The notes under the pieces were generated by a model that was not told the DNA's origin, ran no database searches, and saw only the letters and a list, made by a program, of their open reading frames with translations. Below are positions 1 through 10,829 of a DNA stretch of 64,000 bases, in pieces. Source of the stretch: the human T2T-CHM13v2.0 reference genome, Homo sapiens; the NCBI RefSeq assembly GCF_009914755.1, contig NC_060947.1; one strand, 5' to 3'. Each line of letters starts with the position of its first letter. Positions within the stretch are counted from its first letter, which is position 1. A program made the translations under genes and the position numbers.

Positions 1-2
1 TT

Positions 3-617
<615 letters not shown>

Positions 618-829
618 CTAGCACAGCCCTGGTGTGGATGTGTCCTCTATGAGGGCAATGGTTGTTTCCCCCTCCACTTGAGAGCTGTTTCAAGCCTCAG
701 GCCTCTAGCCCTCCCTGCACCCTGCACAGGCTGTGTTTGCTCATCTTGCCGGAGCTGGTCTCGGACTTTCTCCTCGGAGTCCTATTTTGCCCCAGTGACT
801 AGGCATGGACTCAAAAGATTCATCTGGCT

Positions 830-1260
830 GCTGTGAGTGGGGCTAGTGAGGAGGCTATTGTAACAGTCCTGGCAAGTGATGATGCTGGCACAGAATGGGC
901 TGGTGGCAGTGGAGAAGGCGAGAAGTGGGTAGATTCTGAGACTTAATCTGAAGCTGGATCAGGAGCAGTGCTAGCAGCTTGGATGTAGTGGGCAAGAGGG
1001 AGAGTCAAAGTGACATGGGTTTTAGCTTGAGCAGCTGGAAGGACCGAGCTGACATTACCTGAGATGGGGGACATGGCGGGGAGTTGGATTGGGTGCAAAA
1101 GTGCAGGTGTAGATAGACATGAAGAGTCTGGCATTAAATATGTGAGTGGAGGAGCTGAGGGGGCAGCTGAATACGGGGGTCTGGATCTCAGGGCAAGGAG
1201 GCGAGTCCAGGAGTGTGATCATGCACGGATCCAGCATGGCAAGTGACAGAGAGGAGGAGA
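830..1260. mobile_element. Degenerate L2 LINE fragment
   Basis: L2-like wording (ggtggcagtggagaaggcgagaagtgggtagattctgagac; tgagcagctggaagga; gtctggatctcagggcaagg). Edges approximate. Confidence 0.6.
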
Positions 1261-2009
1261 GACGGGGTCTCTTGAGCTGGGGCCTGTAGAAGCTTCTCTA
1301 CCCAGCCCCCATCAGAGTTCACCCCAATTTCTGGCCCTCAAGCCTGGCTCATGCTACACCCCCTGCCTCAAATGCCCACTCCTTCTCCTCTTTCCCTGTC
1401 CAAGCCACGCAAGACCTGCTCTTCTATTGTCCTCACCTTGAAAGCCCTCCACAATGGCTCCGGGCCCCCTGCTGAGCCCCAGAACCTTCCACTCCCTGAG
1501 GGAAGCACTGGCTTTTCAGGATCCTATAATCCTGGTCTGAGAGGAAGCCAGAGCTGGAAGGGACTGCCCAGCCAACCCCATTATACAGAAGGGGATGCTC
1601 AGATGCCGAGTTCCGTAGTCCCATAGTGACTTGAGAACTCCACTTCTTTCTTTAGGAAGTGTTTCCGTGTGCACATTTTATAAACTCTCTGGTGTGTGTG
1701 TGTGTGTGTCTCCATCTCCCCGTTCCACCTCACAGCACTGAGTTGGGCACACAGCTGCTGAGAGCAGCCCGGGGGAGTATAGAAGGGTTCTGGGGGAGCA
1801 GTTGCTCCTTCCTTTCTTTGCTGTCACCTCCTGGGGGTGGTTGTCAGAGCTGTGGTGCTGAGGGAGATGAGTGTGAGAATCCAGGTATTAAGTTCTTAGT
1901 CTCCTGGGGGCTTAGAACATTACTGCGTGAGAAACAGGAGTGTGGGTCTGTGGAGGCTCCGAACAAGGGCCTGGGAGAGCACTGGTGAGATGAGAAGGTG
2001 AGTGAATGA

Positions 2010-2248
2010 ATGAAGCCAGAGATGGGGTGATGCTCCTTCAAGCCAAGAAATAACAAAGATTGCCAGCAACCACCAGAAGCTGGGGGAGAGGCCTGGAGCA
2101 GCTTCTCCCTTATGGCCCCCAGAAGGAACCAACCCTGGCAACACCTTGATCTTGGACTCTGGCCTCCAGAACTGTGAGATGATCAATTTCTGTTGCTGAA
2201 GCCACTCAGTTGTGGTACTTTGTTATAGCAGCCAGAACAAACTAATAC
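2010..2248 (+). mobile_element. MLT1-type (MaLR) LTR fragment directly abutting the TSDR
   Basis: Typical MLT1 3' half: gccagcaaccaccagaagct...cttggactctggcctccagaactgtgag...tttgttatagcagcc...aactaatac. Confidence 0.8.
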
Positions 2249-2249
2249 C

Positions 2250-2770
2250 GATTTCGGTGCAAATGGATGTTTTCCACCACTCTGGCCTGGCCCATGTGGC
2301 TGGCCTGTGGTCACTTCTGAAGCTGCCTGGACACTTGGCCAGAGCTAAGAATTCTCCCCAAACACATGTGGGATGGCCTGACTCAGCAAAGCATAGATAC
2401 ATTCTCAGACAGGGACATGGAGATGATCTGTCTGGGGGTAGAGGACCTAGAGGGCCGGGCTGGGCAGCCGGCTTCCTGCACTGTCTGTTGGGACGTCCCT
2501 TTCTGACTGGGTTTCTCAGAAGCTGAATGGGGGATGTTTCTGGGACACAGATTATGTTTTCATATCGGGGTCTGCATCTGGGCCCTGTTGTCACAGCCCC
2601 CGACTTGCCCAGATTTTTCCGCCATTGACGTCATGGCGGCCGGATGCGCCGGGCTTCATCGACACCACGGAGGAAGAGAAGAGGGCAGATACCCCACCCC
2701 ACAGGTTTCGTTCCGAGAACTGGCTGCCCTGTCCTGCAGCAGGCTTGGCCCAGGTGGGGTGACATGGGTG
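2250..2770. promoter_or_regulatory. FOXP3: FOXP3 CNS2 / TSDR (Treg-specific demethylated region)
   Basis: CpG cluster about 3.8-4.3 kb downstream of the TSS, with CRE TGACGTCA 2626-2633, Ets-like CCGGATG 2640-2646 and STAT5-type TTCN3GAA at 2513-2521 and 2711-2719. Matches the established CNS2 architecture. Confidence 0.88.
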
Positions 2771-3989
2771 CTGGTGGATGTGGTAGGTGATGTCCATCTG
2801 GCCACTATGACAAGCCCCTAGCTCTGAAGACCTGGCCCTTCTTGGGTTGTGGAGAGGACCCAGGTTTGAAGCTCTGAGAGTGCCAGGCAGGCTCCACAGA
2901 TACTGGGACCCCTGGGGTCTTCAAATAGTATAACACCAGGACCTCAGAATCATAGAACAGCATTTCTTAGATTTAAAGGATCCTAGAATCTCAAAACCAC
3001 AGACTGTGGGGTCTACGGTCCCAAAGTCTCAGTATGTGTAGGCCAGTGTCCCTGGTGTCCAAACTCCTTGGAACCATCTGAAAGTCAGGCAGCTTGCTGC
3101 TTCATAGGGCCTCTTGCCTACCAGGCCTGGAAACAGAGCCAGCCTCCCTAGGGCCTCAGTCTCCCTGTCCACTCTGGAACAACGTTCCCAAATACATGGC
3201 CACTCCGCCAGAGATGGCAACAGGGGGAGGAGGAGGTTGAGGCTGGTGTGCCTTTGGTCTGGGCCTCATGGGGGGAGCTGGAAAAGCCTCAGCCTTCGCC
3301 AATACAGAGCCCATCATCAGACTCTCTAGAGGGGCCCCACAATCAAGGTTTTCGGGGACCAGCACCAGCTCTGGGGACACACAGCCTGACTGACTGACAT
3401 GCCTCCATCATCACCACGCTCTGGCCAACTAGGCCTCCTGACCTATGGAGTCCGGGGCCTCACCTAGCCCAGCTCTTGTGAGGCTGGGCCCCACACTGTG
3501 ATCGTGGATCGTCCAACCTGTGGGAAGTTGGGGTCCAACGTGTGAGAAGGCAGAAGGGGGAATGGTAGCCCAGGTTCCCCTTCCCCCTTCTGGGTGCTGA
3601 GGGGTAAACTGAGGCCTTCAGTTGGGGAGAGAGCCAGAACCAGGGTCCCACCTAGAGTCCTGAGATCTAGGCTTGGATTTCAACTCTGCCGCTGCATTTC
3701 GGTGAGGCCCTGAGATCTCTGGTCTTCAATTTGCCCTTCTACACTGAGCACGGAGAGGCGTGGAGTAGACAAGGGCCAGGGCCCTTCTACGCTGTCTGGT
3801 TAAGTCATTAGGTGTCTGCAGGGCTTCAAGTTGACAATTGCCCCTCTATCCAGGGGACTGGCTGAGAGATAGGGATACATAGAGACAAAGAGACACACAC
3901 AAAGAGCGAGCAAGAGAGAACAAGAGATAGTGAGAGACATTGAGAGAAATGGACACATGCATGGAGAGCCAGAGTGCATGTGTGCGAGA

Positions 3990-4310
3990 GGAGGATTGCC
4001 TCAAATAAGAACATTTGCTGGTCTCTGGCTGGTTCAACTGATGCTGCCTGAAATAATCAAGAATAAAGAAGGGCAAGGTGCCAGGGACACCCATGGCTGG
4101 GTATTGAATTGTATTGCAAAGCAACAATCAGCAAAACAGTGTGGCCCTGGTATAAGAACAGATACTGGGGAAGAGAACAGAATAGAAAGCTTGGACATGG
4201 ACCCACATATGGAGAGAACTGAATTTGTGATGAATGTGGCATTTCAAACTGGAGGACCATGGAGTATGGTTTAACAAATGTGTCTGAGATAATTAGGGAG
4301 AAGATAAAGT
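3990..4310 (+). mobile_element. Old L1 (L1M) ORF2 fragment
   Basis: A-rich L1-like text (aaaacagtgtggccctggtataagaacaga...gaacagaatagaaagc). Confidence 0.55.
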
Positions 4311-4429
4311 TATTGAGTGAATAGTCAGTCCATTATCCCAACAACCCCTCCCTGCCCAGTTTGAAATGTCACCATCATCATATACCCTAAAATGCCCAGA
4401 TCCATTCAAGATATAAGTTTTAACACCTA

Positions 4430-4685
4430 ATGCTGATCTTGGGTTTATTGTGTGTCAGGCCTTGTGCTAAGTATTTACTGTGGTTAAAAATTTTAATCTA
4501 AACAAAGACTCCTGAGGAAGGTACTATTATAACCATTGCAGTACATATGAGGAAATGGAGGTATGGAGAGGTTAAGTGCCTGGCTAAAAATCACACATAG
4601 GGCTTGGGGTGACGCTGGGTTTGTCCCAGACAGTCTGGCTCCAGTACCCACACTCTTAACCTCTATAGTAAATGGAAAAAATGAA
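4430..4685. promoter_or_regulatory. FOXP3: FOXP3 CNS1 enhancer within a MIR SINE
   Basis: MIR text (gaggaaatggagg...gaggttaagtgcctggc...cactcttaacc) containing an inverted Smad element CCAGAC-A-GTCTGG at 4626-4638 and NFAT-type TGGAAAA at 4673-4679, about 1.9-2.1 kb downstream of the TSS. Confidence 0.78.
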
Positions 4686-4689
4686 GCCA

Positions 4690-5500
4690 TAAAAGAGACT
4701 AGAAGCCAACATAGGTGAACATTTATCTCATTTTCAAGTAGGAAAGGACTTTCTAAGCACAAAACCAGAGACAGAAGCCACAGAAAAAAAGACTAACCTA
4801 TTTGACTGTATAAAACCATCATAAGCATCACAAAAAACACCATAAACAAATAGAAAAAAAGCAAATGATGAATTGGGGAAAATATTTGCTATATATGTAA
4901 TGGCTGATGAAAGGTTAATAACCATTCCAAATAAAGAGCTGTGGCAAATCAATAAGGGAAAAATAAGATGAACACCCTATTAGGAGTAAGGACATGACCA
5001 GACAACCAAAAAAAAAAAAAAAAAAAAGCATGAATGGCCAATGAATAGTAAAAGTAATCACAAGATGCAAATTTCAACAATGTGATAATGTGTTTTTCTT
5101 ACCTGTCATGTTGGGAAATAATTAAAACATAATAATACTCACCTAGGGTTAGCTTAAGTAGAGGGAGCATAAAATAGGACAACCTTTTGGAAGGAGAATT
5201 AGCAGAGAGGGTCATAAACTTTAAAAATGCACGCCCCCTTTGCCCCAGCAACTCCCTTTTCAGGAATCCAAGGAAGCAGTCAGGGATGTTTATAGAAAAA
5301 AACGAGAAACAACCGGAATGTCCAACAATCGGCACTTGGTCAAATCAATCAAAGTTCATGCTGATGTGAGGACAGTCTTGTCCATCATGAAAGATCATGT
5401 GTTCAAACAATTTTTAGTAAGCTTCAAAAACACTACTGTTAATTGAATAAAGCAGGAACAAAACCAATATATAGCATGATTCTAATTTGGTTACAGAAAT
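4690..5500 (+). mobile_element. Old L1 (L1ME-like) 3' ORF2/UTR fragment
   Basis: aattggggaaaatatttgctatatat; tgccccagcaactccctttt; aaacaaccggaatgtccaacaa. Confidence 0.6.
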
Positions 5501-5894
5501 ACTAATAGCTAACACTTCGTGAGCACTTACTTTGTGCCAAACGCTGTGCTAAGCCTGCAGAATCGAGCTCACCCCAGCCCTGAACAACCTGTTTGCTTCC
5601 TGAATATGGACTCTGGTCACACACATGCAGTCCTGGGGTAGGTCCACACAGCTAAACTACGGTTGACAATGGTGTGAAGTGCTCCCTGCCCCCCCGCCCC
5701 AAGGGTCTCCTCTAAAGCGATACAAGCAAAGTTCAGTTAAGTGCTCAGCTTGCCCCGGCACCTTGCAATCCTCCTGCTACTAGGGTGAACAGAACTGATG
5801 CTCACTCTCATAAAATGTAAAGGTCCTCGGCGACATTACTATTATTAAACGCCAGCTGTGTACAAAGCTCTAGGCTGGATGCTGGCTGGGAAGG

Positions 5895-6160
5895 CAGGTG
5901 GGGGAAGGCAAGAAAAGAGAGCGGGAGAGATGGAGGAAAGGAGATCGATGGAGTGTGGTCAAGATGGAGGAGACAGAGATAGGGGAGATGGTCAGAGGCC
6001 AGGAGAGATGCGGGGAAAGAGAGTCTGAGTGTAGCGACAGACAGATGGCGGGAGAAAGAGAGGCAGAGAAACATGTAAAAGAGCAAGACAGGGTGAGCAG
6101 AGAGACAGAGAAGGATGAGAGGCATCAAGAGCTAAGAGACAAAGAGATGAGAGAGATGCA
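5895..6160. repeat. GA-rich low-complexity tract
   Basis: Purine-rich gagagagacagag arrays; produces spurious ORFs. Confidence 0.75.
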
Positions 6161-6499
6161 GTTGAAATTTTCAGTTGCACCTGGACAGCATTTCAAGTTG
6201 TTCAAAGCTCTGAAATCCATAAAGACTGGCAGCTGACATATTTTAAAAATCCTATCCATCTACGTATCAATTGATGAATTCATTTATTTTTGCCCCTGCC
6301 CATGCATTAAGTACTTCACCTTTAAGTCTTCTGCCATTTATTCTATTATTATTTTTTTAAAGACCTTACCTGGCTGGAATCACGGTAGCTGGGTACATCC
6401 CACTGTACCAGAGGGCCCCTGACCCCCCCGCCGTGCCTACCTCCCTGCCATCTCCTCCAATGGGGCCCACATCTGGTAGGGGAGAGCAGGGACACTCAC

Positions 6500-6549
6500 C
6501 TTGGTGAAGTGGACTGACAGAAAAGGATCAGCCTGGCTTGTGGGAAACT
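6500..6549 (-). other. FOXP3: FOXP3 non-coding first exon (longer 5' forms may start near 6665)
   Basis: Donor AAG|GTGAGT at 6499; minus strand reads agtttcccacaagccaggctgatcc...cacttcaccaag, the recognised FOXP3 5'UTR. Confidence 0.9.
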
Positions 6550-6900
6550 GTCACGTATCAAAAACAACTTTGCTTTTATACCGAGAAGAAAAACCACGCT
6601 GTACGGTGTGGAAGCCGCAGACCTCTCTCTTCTAATAATCCAAATTTTTTTCGATGAGTGTGTGCGCTGATAATCACGGGGTGGGGGGGGGTTCTCATAG
6701 TTTTTTTTTTCTCTCTCTCTGTGTTTCTCCTTTTCTTGATTATGAGACTTAAACGGAAATTTTGAAATTTTGGGTTTTTTTCTTTGCCCTTTACGAGTCA
6801 TCTGAAAATATGATTTCTTCCCCTCACCACAGAGGTGAGAGGTATCAATGAGATAATAGGGCTCATGAGAAACCACAGTTTTTAAAACAAAAGTGTATAG
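6550..6900 (-). promoter_or_regulatory. FOXP3: FOXP3 core promoter
   Basis: TATAAAAG on the minus strand at 6580-6573, about 30 nt upstream of 6549; G-rich GC/GT-box near 6677-6691; RUNX-like ACCAC motifs. Confidence 0.85.
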
Positions 6901-8679
6901 AGTTTGAAAAAAAAAAAACAAGGGAAAAGAACTAAAATAAATCACAGGGCCAACCCGAGGCAGGCAGAGACACCATTCTGTGAGTGAGAGGATATTTGAG
7001 GGTCTCTGGGGAAAGAAAGAGAATCTGAAGCTCTATGTGTGGATGGGAAATGCCAGGGAAAGAGACAGAATAGGGCTGGGTTCCCAGAGGCCTCGCCCTA
7101 CTCCAGGCCTCAGTTTCCCTATAGATGGAATTGATATGGTCCCCATTGCTTGAACTACCCGGCGAGGGGAGTTCTGCACCCCCTGCAACACCCCTCCCAC
7201 AGAGGGTGAGGGGCATGTAAGTTACTTCATGGAGGAGAAAGCGGAGAGCCCACTGTCATCCCCTAAAATTCATGGACTTGAAGAGTCGGAGAATCCCTGG
7301 CTCCCAGAATCTACTGACAGTTACTGAATGAGGAAAGAGAGAAAAGTCTCGCCTCATCACGTTTTAGGGCTTGAGTGCCCTGACCCAGCCACTGTCCCAC
7401 TGGGAAGGTCCCTAGCAGGTCCCCAATATTAATGCATCCATCCTCACGATGAACCCCAGAGGCCCATTGGGACCCTGACCCTCTTGTTTCAGGAACATCA
7501 TGGCCTGATGCTTCTGAGGCCCTCAGCCTTTGGGGTCTTTTACTTCAAAAAGCCCCAGTTTCCAAGGATTTAGGATTCCAAATATCCGCCATCATCTCAG
7601 TAGCTGATGTTTATCTTGAATTTTCCATGGGTCAGATACAGTGCTGAACATGTCTCACAAGTGATCATGTTCAATCCTCACCATGGCCCCTTGAGCTCCA
7701 TCTCATCATTATTGTATTCCTGTTATACAGATGAGGGAAACGGAGGTATAAGTAGTCAAGCAACTTGCCCAAGATCACAGAGCTGGCGAGTGTGGGTCCC
7801 GCTTTCTTTGGTGCTGGGCTTTGAAATCCCCAAGCTTTCCTGAACTTGATGTTCTCAGGTTTTAAATTCTAGGATGTGATGGCAGGGAGATCCTGGGATT
7901 TGGAGAGTCCTTGGAGACTTGAAGCTTGTGAGGCTTTTAGGTTGTCCAGGAATTGGCGGCTGCATCTCTTGACCTCAGCAGGCACTCTATTCAACCACTG
8001 GTCAGCATGGTAGACCAGCCCCCAGGGGCTTCTCCTGACAGGCCATGGTGAAGACTTCCAGCTCCCAGCACCCTGCAAAGCCCAGGGTTCTAGTCGTCCA
8101 ACAACCACTCCAGCCCTCTACAAGACTGGCTTCAGACCTGGGGAAGAGAAATTGGAAAGGGCTTTTTATTTACATGGTACAAATCTGGTGGCCAAGATCC
8201 ACCCCTTCACCCCTTTGCCCCCTTTCCTCCCCCAACCTTCTAAGCCCTCGTAAAAAGGAGGGCCTCTTTCCTCAACTCAGACTCACCCTTCTGGAAAAGC
8301 CCAGAATGGGCCTGATGGCCTGGCTTTGTGAAGACAAGAAAAAAAAAAAAAAAGAATAGAAAAAAAAAGACCTTAAAAAAATCAGCCAACAACAATTAAA
8401 AAAAAAAAAAAAACACCCAACCCTCCCCACCATTAGTTCAAAACAAAACTTTCGCTGGTTGAGGCTTCTGAGTTGGTGGGACACATCTGAGACCCAAAAA
8501 TGGCTTGGGTGTGTTGGACAGCCAGGGGAGGCACCAAGGTGGGATGAGGTCCCCTGCTTGGAGGCCTGCAGGGACCCTGTGAACAGCAGGTGTTTAACAG
8601 ATGTCACGGCATGTGGGAGGGAGCAAGGGAGGGGGTGAGGAGCATGCATGTCAGGAAGGAGTCCTGGGGAGCTGATTCT

Positions 8680-8772
8680 AGTGATGGCCCCAAGGTTAAT
8701 GACCCCTTGCAGTGATGGTCCTAAGGTTAATGATCCCTTGCACTGATGTTCCCATAGTTAATAACCCCTTGC
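8680..8772. repeat. Three-copy 31-bp degenerate tandem repeat
   Basis: Units at 8680-8710, 8711-8741 and 8742-8772, consensus about aGTGATGGtCCcAAGGTTAATGAcCCCTTGC. Confidence 0.9.
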
Positions 8773-9229
8773 TCCCTGCAGACTTGGGTCGGAATGTTCC
8801 CTACACCTCCTGCGTAATTATAAACCAGGCCAGTTCTATCAGCAGAGGCATTGTTCCCTGCCCCAGCACCTGTCCCCCTCCTGGAAAAGGGGGCTAGTTT
8901 TCTCTCTCAGGATCAGAGGTGTGGGCTGCATTCTCCTTATACCTTCCCCAGACCATCTGTCCCTTACTGTCACTCACTCCATGAAAGAGAGTGGCCAGAG
9001 ATATAGGAGGCAAACGAAGTGAGGATGGTGGCCGAGAATGTGAGCTGGCCCCTTGGGCAGGCCCAGGGTGTGAGAGGGAAATGCTACGGCTGCTGAAAGC
9101 CAAGATCCTTGCAGAATGGGGGCTGGGGTCAGGAGGGCAGAGAGGGGTAGAGGTCGCTACCTCCCCTCTATACTGGACTATATCCTCTCTCATGGAGGGC
9201 TTCTCGGGAAGGAGACTGGGAGGGCTGGG

Positions 9230-9800
9230 AGTTGGGGGTGAGTAGGCAAGATTAAACGGGTCAGGAAAAGTCCCCAGAGACAGGGGCCTCTGACAAAGAC
9301 TTGAAGGAGATGAGGGAGGGAGCCAGCTAGATATCTGAGGAACTCCAAAGGAAACAGCCAGGGCAAAGGTCCTGAGGTGGGAATGTACCTGATTTGTTCA
9401 AGGTCTACAAGGGGGCTGGTGTGGTTAGTGTGGAGAGAGCAAGAAGAGAAGCTGGAGGTGAGGTCAGAAAGGGGACTCGGAGGTTAGACCACGCAGGACC
9501 TTGTAGGCCATGGTAAGGACTTTGGCTTCAACGCTGAGTGAGGAGGAAGGCATGACAGGGTTGCAAGCAGAGGAGAAACACAAACCGTGTTAGGATTTAA
9601 CAGGAAGCCCCTGAATGCTGAGTGTACAATGGGGTCTAGGGCCTGAATGTGGAAGCAGGGGACCAGCAAGGAGCTGGCTACTGCAGTAGTCTAGGTGACT
9701 GGTGATAGTGCTGGCAGTGGAGGTGGTGAGAAGAGGATGGATTTGGTAAATATTTTTAATAGACAGCCAAAAGGATTTGTTGAAGACTGAGAGTCTTGGA
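9230..9800. mobile_element. L2 LINE fragment, followed by a short MLT1-like piece to about 9970
   Basis: ggccatggtaaggactttggctt; ggtgatagtgctggcagtggaggtggtgagaag. Confidence 0.7.
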
Positions 9801-10829
9801 GCCAGATCGGGACAGACAATGCCCAAACCAGGTGGGCAGGAAGGAGTCCCTGGACTATTTGCCAGCTTGAACTTTTAGGTGAGAAAAAAATAAAGTTCTG
9901 TCTTGCTTAAGCCCCCATTATTTTATGATTTTTCTGTTACTTGCAGCTGAACATATTCATTTCTAACTCATGGACATCCTGAACATGGAGACCTGGGGAG
10001 AGGGGCTGCTGGAAGGATCACCTCCCTCCTAGGATGCTGTGAGGTTCTAATGAGATAACAGCATGCTCAGAACCTGGCACTCAGTAGGTGTTCAGTAAAT
10101 CTTCCCAGGATGGAGAAGGAATGTATGAATGGATGTGTTCAGCGGACAAAAGCTGCAGTTGAGTTCCCACAGAAGGTGAGACCCCAAAGGGAGAGCGAAA
10201 GGAGTTTACTAGATGGAAGCAGCAGAAGGAACAGCACTCTTGGGAGAGGGAACAGTAGAAGCAGAGATGGGGGGACAGAAAGAAGGGAGGTGAGGCCCCT
10301 GTGGGGTGTGGAGTGTCAGGTTGGGCAAGAAGGACAGGGCTTTGATTGTGATTCCATTAGTCAGAAGCTACCCATATGCCCAATCAACTTCTGGTAGCAC
10401 ACAGTCAGGTCAGTGTTTGCTGAGCTGAAATTTAAAAAAGTGAATCCTTCAGAAAGTTAAATTTCCTATTCGGCCATTCATTCAACAATAGTATCAAGTC
10501 CTGGAGAGTGCTTGCGGCTAACAATCAGGGGCATTCTTGGCTTGTGGCACTGCTCAAGAAAAGGTTGTAGTTGGGCAGGGAGGACCCAGTAAGTAACTAA
10601 CTGCAACAGGACAGTCATTTTCACTTTCCTAGTTCACACACCAAGGTGTGGTCTAGGCCTTCAGGGGCTCTGGGTATTCCTGGGGCAATGGGGAGTCACG
10701 GAGGGTTAGGGAGAGGGTAACCCCATCCCTGAGAAGCACATTTTTCCTAATGGCTGCCTGCGTTCTATGGTTCTGCTGTCCGGCCACCCAATACCTCAGA
10801 CTCTGTCTACACAGCGTCCTCCTCTCCAG

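Noticed and set aside
5808-6236. ORFs of 106-112 aa in the FOXP3 intron
   Set aside because: Produced by GA/CT low-complexity sequence.
8680-8772. 31-bp repeats as a CRISPR-like array
   Set aside because: Units are contiguous with no spacers, and the context is mammalian.
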